From NCBI GenBank assembly GCA_012522165.1, contig JAAYKZ010000021.1, positions 1-30,639 on the forward strand: DNA of 30,639 nt, written 5' to 3'. Each line of letters begins with the position of its first letter. Position 1 is the stretch's first letter. Origin of the DNA: Clostridiales bacterium. GTDB taxonomy: Bacteria; Bacillota; Clostridia; Caldicoprobacterales; UBA3941. The notes below the pieces were generated by a model. That model saw only the letters and a program-made list of their open reading frames with translations, was not told the origin of the DNA and did no database searches. Position numbers and translations under genes: made by a program. This document shows positions 7,848 through 16,474 of this stretch, piece after piece.

Positions 7848-9059
7848 ATGAAAATGTTTCGACGTAGTCTTTGTTTGGTTATTATCCTTAGCTTTTGTTT
7901 CATTTTGTCTGCATCCGGCATATATAAGGAGCTAGAAGAGCAAAATATTTCAGATCCTGAAAATGTACCAGGGGTTAAAGAACCATTATATACAAAACAA
8001 GATGTAGAACAACAAGTAGAGAAAAAAACAGAGCTACAAGAGGAGATAAAGCAACCATCAGTGCAGCTGCCACCAGCACAGCTACCACCAGCACAGCTAC
8101 CACCAGCACAGCAGCCACCAGTACAACAGTTACCAGTACAGCAGAAAATCACCATCTCCCTTGCAGGGGATTGTACCTTAGGTACGGATGAATCCTTTAG
8201 CTATGCTAATTCTTTTCCCTATCAGGTAAAAAAGCAGAATGAAGATTGGAGCTATTTTTTTGCTGGGGTAAAACATATTTTTGAAAATGATGATTTAACC
8301 TTAGTAAATTTAGAGACCACTTTTACTACTGCCAAGAAAAAGGCAAAGAAAACATTTAGGTTTAAGGGGGATCCTTCCTATGTAAATATTTTAAAGGAAG
8401 GCAGCATTGAGATGGTAAACATAGCAAATAATCATATCTATGATTACTTACAAAAAGGTTTTGATGATACCCTGGAAACCCTAGAACAAGCTGGAATCCT
8501 TTATTCCGGTGAGGGGCATATTGCTTTTTTTGAGACCAAGGGCCTTACTATTGCTAGTTTAGGCTACTGTGGCTGGAGCACTAGTATAAAGGACCAACTA
8601 AAGAGTGATTTAGAGGATGTTCGAAGTAAAGGGGATCTTGTCATTGTTTCCTTTCATTGGGGAAAGGAGAGGAGTAATTATCCCAACGATATACAGAAAG
8701 AGCTAGGGAGATTTGCTATTGATCACGGCGCTGACCTGGTGGCTGGACACCATCCTCATGTTATTCAAGGGATTGAGAAATATAAGGGCAGATATATTGT
8801 CTATAGTCTAGGAAATTTTTGTTTTGGAGGAAATCGAAACCCTAAGGACAAGGACACCTTTATCTTTCAGAATGAATTTGTTTTTATGGATGGACAGTTG
8901 AAAGACAGCCAATGCAAGATAATTCCCTGTCGTATATCATCGGTTACCCATGTTAATGATTATCAGCCTACAGTGTTAGAAGGTGAAGAAGCTCAAAGAG
9001 TAATGAATAGGATTTTGAAATATAGTAGTAGCTTAGAGTATGCTTTTACTGAAGATTAG
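7848..9059 (+). CDS. CapA (PGA_cap) family metallophosphoesterase-fold protein with N-terminal anchor and Pro/Gln linker
   Basis: Hydrophobic N-terminus; LAGD, VNLE, ANNHIYDY, SFHWG, GHHPHV and YSLGNF motifs. Confidence 0.88.
   Translation: MKMFRRSLCLVIILSFCFILSASGIYKELEEQNISDPENVPGVKEPLYTKQDVEQQVEKKTELQEEIKQPSVQLPPAQLPPAQLPPAQQPPVQQLPVQQKITISLAGDCTLGTDESFSYANSFPYQVKKQNEDWSYFFAGVKHIFENDDLTLVNLETTFTTAKKKAKKTFRFKGDPSYVNILKEGSIEMVNIANNHIYDYLQKGFDDTLETLEQAGILYSGEGHIAFFETKGLTIASLGYCGWSTSIKDQLKSDLEDVRSKGDLVIVSFHWGKERSNYPNDIQKELGRFAIDHGADLVAGHHPHVIQGIEKYKGRYIVYSLGNFCFGGNRNPKDKDTFIFQNEFVFMDGQLKDSQCKIIPCRISSVTHVNDYQPTVLEGEEAQRVMNRILKYSSSLEYAFTED
8064..8138 (+). repeat. 15-bp tandem repeat x5 encoding (QLPPA)n-like linker
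   Basis: Units CAGCTGCCACCAGCA, CAGCTACCACCAGCA x2, CAGCAGCCACCAGTA, CAACAGTTACCAGTA. Confidence 0.9.
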
Positions 9060-9110
9060 CTGTTATTTTCAACAGTAATATGGTAAAATTTGATCTATAA
9101 TCACATTTAT

Positions 9111-9139
9111 TTGTCTTATTTTTGCTATGCTTATATACT
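9111..9139 (+). promoter_or_regulatory. Putative sigmaA promoter of comEC
   Basis: TTGTCT (9111-9116), 17 nt, TATACT (9134-9139). Confidence 0.5.
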
Positions 9140-9218
9140 CTAATCTTTTTTCCAGGTGTTAAGTTTTTCTAATAGGTTGTCATATTAGTAGTCATATCTG
9201 TTAAGTGGGGAGAGAAAG

Positions 9219-11609
9219 GTGAAGCTTAGAATTAAGCGACCAATTATTTGGGTAACAGTTGCATATATAATCGGAATATTAATAGCTGTTTATATGAAAT
9301 GGGAGCTTAGATATTTTTATATAGTCCTTCTTCCATTATTAGTTCTTGGTGGAGCAGGATTAAAAGTAAAATGGAAAGGATTGTATCTAGTATTATTTTT
9401 CTCCATATTCATCTTAATAGGTATTGCCAATGCCTATATACATAACAAGCCAGATAATGGCCTTGAGGATTTAGTTGGACAAGCTGTCAATGCTTATGGC
9501 CAAGTTGCAGAGATAGTAAGCAGTAGTGACTCAAAAACTTCCTTTATTTTGGATGCCTATAGGATAAGTCATATTGATAAAGACTATGTATATAAGGGTA
9601 AGATTAGAATCACTATTTACCACAATTCCCCAAATCATGGTGTTATGCCGTTTAAGACAGGAGATTGGATAGAGGTAAGGGGGACAATTGAAAAGCCTCA
9701 AGGGATGAGAAATCCTAGGGGCTTTGATTATAGGGCTTATTTGGCACGGCGTGGTATTCACTATATAATAGGGACGGCAAGTAGAAATATTCTATCAATT
9801 GATTCAGGAAATTTGCCCTGGCCAAAATCATGGATAGAATCCATAAGGAAATATATGGAGGGCGTTTTTGACACATATATAGGAGGTATGGGTTCAAAGC
9901 TTATGAAGGCTATGATTATAGGACAAAGATGGAGCCTGCCTTCAGAGCTAAGAGAAGAGTTTACCAATACAGGTATTGCCCATATCCTGGCCATTTCCGG
10001 ACTTCATGTAGGATTTGTGGTGCTATTATTGTCATGGATATCTAATAGGCTTAAGCTTTCACCCAAAGTCACTTTTTTTATTCAAGGAGCAGCTCTTGGT
10101 GTTTATTGTATAGTGGTAGGAGGAAGCTCATCGGTTGTAAGGGCCACCATTATGACCATTATCCTCCTTGGAGGCAAAGTGGTAGGCAGAAAACCCGATC
10201 CTTTAAATAGCTTATCTCTAGCAGCTTTTATTATTTTGCTTTTTAGGCCTTTGGAAGTGTTTGAAGTAGGATTTCAGCTTTCCTTTTCGGCGGTGGCTGG
10301 AATTGTTCTATTCAATGAGCTATTATCCGCTAAACTGTCTAAGTTGGACAAGCTTCCCTTAAAAGTGGGGGAGGCTATTGCTATCATGCTGAGTGCTCAG
10401 CTTGGTGTATGGCCTTTGATAGCCTATCACTTCAATACTTTTTCCATAATTAGTTTTATAGCCAATCTAATTCTAGTTCCTGTTGCTGGGGTTATTGTAA
10501 TTTTAGGTCTAATACTTCTATTAACTGCAGCTATTTTTCCCCTGATAGGGGCAGTTATAGGCTGGTGGCTGTGGCTGCTTTGCCAATTCTTAATAGAAGT
10601 AAATAAATGGCTGTCAAGCTTTACCTGGTCAAGCATACGGGTAGTATCCCCAGGAATTTTGCTTATGACAGTTTACTACTCTATCCTTTTAATTCTTTCA
10701 CAGGAGCGGCCTTTGTGGGTAAAAAGGCCTTGGAGAACAAGTTTAATACTGACATTGATTGTATTTTTGTTACTAGCGATAAAACCTGTTATTGATAACC
10801 AGTTTAAGGTTATCTTTGTTGACGTTGGACAGGGAGATTGCATATACATAAAAACTCCAGATGAAAAACATATATTAGTGGATGGGGGAGGAAGGCCTGA
10901 GGGCGTGGGTGATTATGACGTAGGTGCTGAAGTTGTTGTCCCCTTTTTACTTAAAAACGGAGTCAAAAAGCTTGATCTGGTGGTCATGTCCCATGGGCAT
11001 GATGATCATATGGGCGGGCTTATACCTGTGATAAAGGAAATAAAGGTAGATGCGTTTATGGAATTTCCCCCAAGGCAGCCCTCTGAAAGATACAAAGAAT
11101 TAAAGGATTTGATAGATAATAAGGATATTAAATGCATTCATGCCATAGGGAGACAAACCTATAAAGTAGGCAAATATGTATTTATTGATGTTGTCTATCC
11201 TACCTCAAATTATGAAGTGGTGGAAAGTCTGTATAATAAAAATGAGAATAATCTGTCCTTGGTATTGAGAGTTCGATATCAGCGGACCAGTGTAATGTTA
11301 ACAGGAGATATAGAAGGAGGAGTTGAATCCTATTTATCAAGCTTTTGGAAGGATAGTGTATCCATCTTAAAGGTAGCCCATCATGGCAGCAATACCTCTT
11401 CTACAGATAAATGGCTGGAGGTGATAAAACCACGCATTGCTGTAATCCAGTCAGGGAAAAATAATTTTGGACATCCCAATCCTGAGGTTATTGAGAAGTT
11501 AGAAGAACATGGTGCCATAGTTTACAAGAATCACAAGAACGGTGCTATTATATGTGTTTATGATAAGGGAAAATGGCGTATAAATACTGTAATAAAGGAA
11601 AAGGAATAA
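9219..11609 (+). CDS. comEC: DNA internalization competence protein ComEC/Rec2
   Basis: OB-fold region with NPRGFDY, competence domain HILAISGLHVG and GFQLSF, C-terminal metallo-beta-lactamase domain DVGQGD, SHGHDDHMGG, KVAHHGS. Confidence 0.95.
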   Translation: MKLRIKRPIIWVTVAYIIGILIAVYMKWELRYFYIVLLPLLVLGGAGLKVKWKGLYLVLFFSIFILIGIANAYIHNKPDNGLEDLVGQAVNAYGQVAEIVSSSDSKTSFILDAYRISHIDKDYVYKGKIRITIYHNSPNHGVMPFKTGDWIEVRGTIEKPQGMRNPRGFDYRAYLARRGIHYIIGTASRNILSIDSGNLPWPKSWIESIRKYMEGVFDTYIGGMGSKLMKAMIIGQRWSLPSELREEFTNTGIAHILAISGLHVGFVVLLLSWISNRLKLSPKVTFFIQGAALGVYCIVVGGSSSVVRATIMTIILLGGKVVGRKPDPLNSLSLAAFIILLFRPLEVFEVGFQLSFSAVAGIVLFNELLSAKLSKLDKLPLKVGEAIAIMLSAQLGVWPLIAYHFNTFSIISFIANLILVPVAGVIVILGLILLLTAAIFPLIGAVIGWWLWLLCQFLIEVNKWLSSFTWSSIRVVSPGILLMTVYYSILLILSQERPLWVKRPWRTSLILTLIVFLLLAIKPVIDNQFKVIFVDVGQGDCIYIKTPDEKHILVDGGGRPEGVGDYDVGAEVVVPFLLKNGVKKLDLVVMSHGHDDHMGGLIPVIKEIKVDAFMEFPPRQPSERYKELKDLIDNKDIKCIHAIGRQTYKVGKYVFIDVVYPTSNYEVVESLYNKNENNLSLVLRVRYQRTSVMLTGDIEGGVESYLSSFWKDSVSILKVAHHGSNTSSTDKWLEVIKPRIAVIQSGKNNFGHPNPEVIEKLEEHGAIVYKNHKNGAIICVYDKGKWRINTVIKEKE

Positions 11610-11696
11610 GGTGTAGATGGCTGTAGTAGCAAATATTATGTTGCTATGGTACAATAACTTTTGCGATGCTATATGTAAAAGGAAGGAGTTTAGATA

Positions 11697-13130
11697 ATGA
11701 AGAGGTATGAGAACAAACAATGGCAAGACAGCATGCGTATTACCTTTGACTTTAACAACATGATGTCTGAGTTTGTGGGAGAAGAAGGTATTGATTGGGA
11801 ACAGATAGAGGCATTGGAGCCCAATCTTAAAAAAGCTGCTGCAGCTATGGCGGAAAAAAGAGCAGCAGGCCAGATGGAATGGAGAGAGCTCCCATATAAT
11901 CAGCAGGAAGTGGTTAAGGATATTCTGGAAACCGCAGCTAGAATTAAGGAAAAGTTTGATAATTTCGTCATTCTAGGAATTGGTGGTTCGGCTTTAGGAC
12001 CAATTGCAGTACAGCAAGCTCTTAACCATATGTTTTACAATGAACTACCAAAAGAAAAAAGAGGTGGCTGTCCTAGATTATATGTAGTAGATAATGTGGA
12101 TCCCGAACGTATGGAAGGGCTATTTGATATTATTGATTTAGAAAAAACGGTCTTCAATGTAATAACAAAATCTGGAAGCACCTCTGAGACCATGGCCCAA
12201 TTCCTTATAGTAACGGATTTATTAAAGGCCAAGTTAGGTGATAAATATAAGGACCATATCATAGCTACCACCGATAGAGAAAAGGGCAACCTTATAAAGA
12301 TTGCTCGCCAGGAAGGCTTTAAGACCTATTATATTCCAGCAGGTGTAGGGGGAAGATTTTCTGAGCTAAGTCCTGTGGGCCTTCTGGCTGCGGCAGTTTG
12401 TGGTATTGATATAGAAGAACTGTTGGCTGGAGCTGCTTACATGGATGACATAGTAAGCCAATCGGATCCATATAAAAACCCTGCATACATGGCAGCAACC
12501 TTGCAATATTTGGCTATGAAGGCCGGCAAGAATATATCTGTGATGATGCCCTATGCTGATTCCTTAAAATATATGGCTGATTGGTATGCACAGCTATGGG
12601 CGGAAAGTCTGGGTAAGAGATATGACCTTGAGGGCAATGAGATGTTTGTAGGTCAAACCCCTGTTAAAGCCTTAGGTGTAACAGATCAGCATTCTCAAAT
12701 ACAACTATATACAGAAGGCCCCTTTGATAAAGTGGTTACCTTCCTTGGGGTAAAAAATTATAGGAGTAATGTAGATATTCCAAAAGGACATGAGGATATT
12801 CCTGCTGTATCTTTCCTAGGGGGACATACCTTAAATGAGCTTATTCATGCTGAACAAACCGCAACAGAATATGCCCTTTTAAAGGCAAATCGCCTTAACA
12901 GAACTATTACTCTCCCTGAAGTCAATGCTTTCACTGTAGGTCAACTTCTATACTTTATGGAGGTAGAGACCGCTTTTGCAGGAGAACTTCTAAATATCAA
13001 TGCCTTTGACCAGCCGGGAGTAGAGGAAGGTAAAAATGCTACTTACGCCTTACTTGGCCGACCAGGTTATGAGGAAAAGAAGGCAGAACTGGATGCAAGG
13101 CCCAAGAAAAAGGATAAATATATATTATAA
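11697..13130 (+). CDS. pgi: Glucose-6-phosphate isomerase
   Basis: GIGGS, TKSGSTSET, VGGRFSELS, QLWAESLGK and FDQPGVEEGK motifs. Confidence 0.96.
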   Translation: MKRYENKQWQDSMRITFDFNNMMSEFVGEEGIDWEQIEALEPNLKKAAAAMAEKRAAGQMEWRELPYNQQEVVKDILETAARIKEKFDNFVILGIGGSALGPIAVQQALNHMFYNELPKEKRGGCPRLYVVDNVDPERMEGLFDIIDLEKTVFNVITKSGSTSETMAQFLIVTDLLKAKLGDKYKDHIIATTDREKGNLIKIARQEGFKTYYIPAGVGGRFSELSPVGLLAAAVCGIDIEELLAGAAYMDDIVSQSDPYKNPAYMAATLQYLAMKAGKNISVMMPYADSLKYMADWYAQLWAESLGKRYDLEGNEMFVGQTPVKALGVTDQHSQIQLYTEGPFDKVVTFLGVKNYRSNVDIPKGHEDIPAVSFLGGHTLNELIHAEQTATEYALLKANRLNRTITLPEVNAFTVGQLLYFMEVETAFAGELLNINAFDQPGVEEGKNATYALLGRPGYEEKKAELDARPKKKDKYIL

Positions 13131-13152
13131 AATATTATTATTAGTAGCAAAG

Positions 13153-13190
13153 GAGTGGTTCATTGTCAGTGGACCACTCTTTAGATTTTT
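13153..13190 (+). terminator. Probable pgi terminator
   Basis: GAGTGGTTCATT (13153-13164) / AGTGGACCACTC (13168-13179), 12-bp stem with two G-U pairs, followed by TTTAGATTTTT. Confidence 0.55.
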
Positions 13191-13321
13191 GGACAGGTTC
13201 TATGAAAAAAACTTAAAAATCTCACAAATTCCATTAAATTTGTAATGTACAGAAGGAAAAAATCATATAGTATTTTGAAGGCATTTTAGAAATGCACTAT
13301 AAAAAAGTGGGGTGGAAAGGT

Positions 13322-13585
13322 TTGGAGATATATGAAGTACCCATTGTTCCTCTTATTATTGGAGTGGTGGAGTTATTAAAAAGTCTGGGGGTGCCTAACA
13401 AATTTTCTGCTTTGGCAGCAGTATTGATGGGTTTATTAATAGGCGTTTTCTTTTTATATCCCACTAATATCCCAGAAGGAATAATTACCGGTTTATCATT
13501 GGGACTTGCAGCATCAGGCTTATACTCAGCTACAAAAAATACTGTAGAGGGCGTTAAGAATATGAGGATATCCAAAAACAAATAA
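13322..13585 (+). CDS. Holin-like small membrane protein (about 3 TM helices, basic C-terminal tail)
   Basis: TTG 13322 follows GGGGTGG; an in-frame ATG at 13292 is an alternative start. Hydrophobic segments VPIVPLIIGVVELL, FSALAAVLMGLLIGVFFL, GIITGLSLGLAASGLYS; Lys-rich tail. Resembles Firmicute phage holins. Confidence 0.65.
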   Translation: MEIYEVPIVPLIIGVVELLKSLGVPNKFSALAAVLMGLLIGVFFLYPTNIPEGIITGLSLGLAASGLYSATKNTVEGVKNMRISKNK

Positions 13586-13662
13586 ATTAGGATATGAACA
13601 GATCTTTATGCCTAGGAATAAAATAATATCAGTTCCTTAGACTCAAGAGGAGGTTAGATATT

Positions 13663-14157
13663 ATGATAAATCCTAGGCACAATTCTAATCTACCTAGTAG
13701 AGTAGTAGCCCACATTCAAGGAGGTCCCCTAGCACCTAACATCAATGGTATAGTATGGTTTAGGGATGTTTGTGGTATGGGAACCCAGGTATGTGTAGAG
13801 GTGACCGGGCTTCCTTCTTATAGACCTGGTGAGAATGGCAGTAACCCCATAGGACCATTGGGATTTCATATCCATGAATATGGAACCTGCCAGATAGGAG
13901 ATGTTCAGGACCCTTTTCAAAATGCAGGCGGACACTGGAATCCTACCAATCAGCCTCACGGTAATCATGCAGGGGATTTTCCAGTTCTATTTTCAAACAA
14001 CGGATATGCCCATATGTGCTTTTACACCAATAAATTTAGACCTAGGGATGTTGTAGGAAAATCCGTAATAATTCATCAAAATCCTGATGACTACAGGACT
14101 CAGCCTTCAGGCAACAGCGGTAAACGTTTGGCATGTGGTGTTATTGTTGAAGTATAA
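13663..14157 (+). CDS. sodC: Cu/Zn superoxide dismutase family protein, no signal peptide
   Basis: GFHIHE, GGHWNP, PHGNHAGDFP, SVIIHQNPDD and GNSGKRLACG: all expected Cu/Zn ligands and both disulfide cysteines (GTCQ, LACG). RBS GAGGAGG. Confidence 0.9.
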   Translation: MINPRHNSNLPSRVVAHIQGGPLAPNINGIVWFRDVCGMGTQVCVEVTGLPSYRPGENGSNPIGPLGFHIHEYGTCQIGDVQDPFQNAGGHWNPTNQPHGNHAGDFPVLFSNNGYAHMCFYTNKFRPRDVVGKSVIIHQNPDDYRTQPSGNSGKRLACGVIVEV

Positions 14158-14166
14158 TCTTCTAAT

Positions 14167-14200
14167 ACAAAAAGTCCTCCACTTAGGGAGGACTTTTTGT
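14167..14200. terminator. Bidirectional intrinsic terminator between sodC and rbr
   Basis: ACAAAAAGTCCTCC (14167-14180) / GGAGGACTTTTTGT (14187-14200), perfect 14-bp inverted repeat, 6-nt loop. Confidence 0.9.
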
Positions 14201-14203
14201 AAA

Positions 14204-14797
14204 TTAATAGGTTTCTTTGAAAAGCTGGAAGTGTGGCTGTTTGTGTAGGCAGGTGGGGCAAACTTCGGGAGCTTTTGGTCCTTTATGTATATATCCGCAT
14301 TTTCTGCAGATCCACTGTACTTCTTCATCTTTTTGGAATACTTTACCATTTTGAACATTTTCGGCAAGCTTGTTGAATCTTACCTCATGGTTTACCTCTG
14401 CTTTAGCAATCATAGTAAAGGCGTTAGCTATTTCAGGGAAGCCTTCTTCTTTTGCAACTTCAGCAAAAGCAGGGTATAGATCTGACCATTCTTCGTGCTC
14501 ACCAGCTGCAGCAGCTTTTAGATTTTCGTAGGTATTACCTAGAGCGATAGGATAATCAGCGGTAATCTCTAGGGAAGTGGGAAGTTCACCTTCAAGACCT
14601 TCTACGAGGAACTTAAAGAATCGGTTAGCATGGATTCTTTCATTGTCAGCAGTCTCAAGGAAAATCTCCTCAATTTGCTTGTATCCTTCCTTGCCAGCAA
14701 CGCTAGCATACATGAAATACCTATTGCGTGCTTGAGACTCTCCTGCAAAGGCTTTTAATAGGTTTTGAGCAGTTTTTGTTCCTTTTAGACTCTTCAT
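14204..14797 (-). CDS. rbr: Rubrerythrin
   Basis: AFAGESQARNRY, NERIHA, GEHEE and EVNHE diiron motifs plus rubredoxin CRKC/CPTC. ATG 14797 (MKSLKGT) follows GGAGG; the ORF-track start 14851 is probably too early. Confidence 0.95.
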   Translation of the reverse strand: MKSLKGTKTAQNLLKAFAGESQARNRYFMYASVAGKEGYKQIEEIFLETADNERIHANRFFKFLVEGLEGELPTSLEITADYPIALGNTYENLKAAAAGEHEEWSDLYPAFAEVAKEEGFPEIANAFTMIAKAEVNHEVRFNKLAENVQNGKVFQKDEEVQWICRKCGYIHKGPKAPEVCPTCLHKQPHFQLFKETY

Positions 14798-14992
14798 ATC
14801 TATCTTCCTCCATTTAATATTGTTTTTTAGACTCATCTTATTATATACCATTTTTCTCTATTTATGAAACATAAAACGGGTAAATTTTTTTGTCTGTCCA
14901 ATGGCGCTATATATCTACATAAATTTACTAAATCCCCTTGATTTTGCACTAGAATATGGATAGACTAGAGGTAAGATAAGAGAGGGAATGTT

Positions 14993-16474
14993 ATGGATTA
15001 TACAGTACAAATGAACAGATATTTAAAAAAATATTTTGGTTACGATGATTTTCTTCTATCCCAACAGGAAGTGATTCAAAGTATTTTGGAGGGTAATAAT
15101 ACACTAGCAATATTTCCTACTGGTGGTGGAAAATCCCTTTGTTATCAGCTGCCTGCTCTTATTTTTCCTGGAACTACTATAGTGATTTCTCCTCTTATCT
15201 CGTTAATGAAAGATCAGGTAGATGAGCTTATACAGCGCAATATCAATGCTGCATACATAAGTAGTGTGCTGCCAGATAGACAGATAACAGAGATAATTCG
15301 CAAAATGAAAAGAGGGCAATATAAAATTGTTTATATAGCCCCAGAGCGGTTCTATTCTCAGGAGTTTCTGACAGCCATAAAAGAGGTTCACGTACCTTTT
15401 GTGGCTGTTGACGAGGCTCATTGCATATCCCAATGGGGTCATAATTTTCGACCTGCCTATCTAAAGATAAGGGAACTAATAGAGCATATGGGAAATCCAA
15501 TCCTGGCTGCCTTTACAGCAACAGCTACTAAGCGAGTTCAAGAGGATATTATGATGTTACTGGGCATTGAAGAAAACTGCAATGTTTTTGTTGAGAGTTT
15601 TGATAGGCCAAACTTGCATTTTAAAGTAGAAGAGAGTGTAGATAAAAAGGTATTTACATTAAAATATATTCGAAAGCATAGGAATAGCTCAGGCATCATA
15701 TACACTGCAACCCGCGCAAGTGTAGAAGAACTTTGGTACTTTTTAAAAAATAGGGGGATAGCAGCAGGCATGTACCATGCTGGATTGGATAGCGTTTCAC
15801 GCAATAATACCCAAGAGGCTTTTTTAAATGATGAAATAAAGGTTATGGTAGCTACTAATGCCTTTGGTATGGGCATAAATAAAAGCGATGTTAGGTATAT
15901 AATCCATTGGCACATGCCAAAAAGCATGGAGCATTACTACCAAGAGGCTGGGCGGGCAGGCAGGGATGGTAAAAGATCTAGCTGCATACTATTGCATTCA
16001 AAGAAGGACTACGACCTTAATCGATTTATGATAGATGGGAATTATCCCTCTGTTGCCTTAGTGGAAAGCCTATATAAGCGTATAAAGGCTAAGGGAGACA
16101 AGGGAATTCCTCAACAGCTTCTAATTAAGAGTAGGACAATAGATAAACATGTCCTTCAAAGTGCCCTTAGAAAACTATTCGAATACGATTATGTCAAAGT
16201 AGAAGAGGGCATAGTGTACTCAATATATGATAGGGAATTTGAACTTACCCAGCAGGAAATAGATTGGCATAAAGAGATAGAACTTGACAGGCTAGATGCC
16301 ATGGAGGAATATAGTAAGGGGAAGAAATGTCTAAGGCGCTTTATATTAGAATACTTCAATGAAAAAGCCCAGTTTGAAAAATGCGGAAACTGTAGTGTGT
16401 GTAATAAAGAGAAAAAGGGCTTATCACAAAAGGCCTTAGACAAGATATTAGAAGATATATTTGGTACCTCCTAA
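14993..16474 (+). CDS. recQ: RecQ-family ATP-dependent DNA helicase, short form without HRDC
   Basis: PTGGGKSLCYQ, VDEAHCISQWGHNFRP, TATA, VATNAFGMG, QEAGRAGRDG; Zn site CLRR...CGNCSVC. Confidence 0.92.
   Translation: MDYTVQMNRYLKKYFGYDDFLLSQQEVIQSILEGNNTLAIFPTGGGKSLCYQLPALIFPGTTIVISPLISLMKDQVDELIQRNINAAYISSVLPDRQITEIIRKMKRGQYKIVYIAPERFYSQEFLTAIKEVHVPFVAVDEAHCISQWGHNFRPAYLKIRELIEHMGNPILAAFTATATKRVQEDIMMLLGIEENCNVFVESFDRPNLHFKVEESVDKKVFTLKYIRKHRNSSGIIYTATRASVEELWYFLKNRGIAAGMYHAGLDSVSRNNTQEAFLNDEIKVMVATNAFGMGINKSDVRYIIHWHMPKSMEHYYQEAGRAGRDGKRSSCILLHSKKDYDLNRFMIDGNYPSVALVESLYKRIKAKGDKGIPQQLLIKSRTIDKHVLQSALRKLFEYDYVKVEEGIVYSIYDREFELTQQEIDWHKEIELDRLDAMEEYSKGKKCLRRFILEYFNEKAQFEKCGNCSVCNKEKKGLSQKALDKILEDIFGTS

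Noticed and set aside
7670-8155. Antisense 161-aa ORF with a Cys/Gly repeat (CCTGGCCAGGSCAGGSC) resembling a RiPP or metallothionein precursor
   Set aside because: The Cys/Gly pattern is the reverse complement of the capA Pro/Gln/Ala repeat. The SD-like AAGGGAG abuts the ATG with no spacing, no maturation enzymes are nearby, and ykuK has its own promoter.
13292-13585. Holin as evidence of a prophage
   Set aside because: No integrase, structural, endolysin or att features; the flanks are housekeeping genes.
15538-15927. 129-aa antisense ORF within recQ
   Set aside because: Shadow of a conserved gene; no RBS or recognisable motif.
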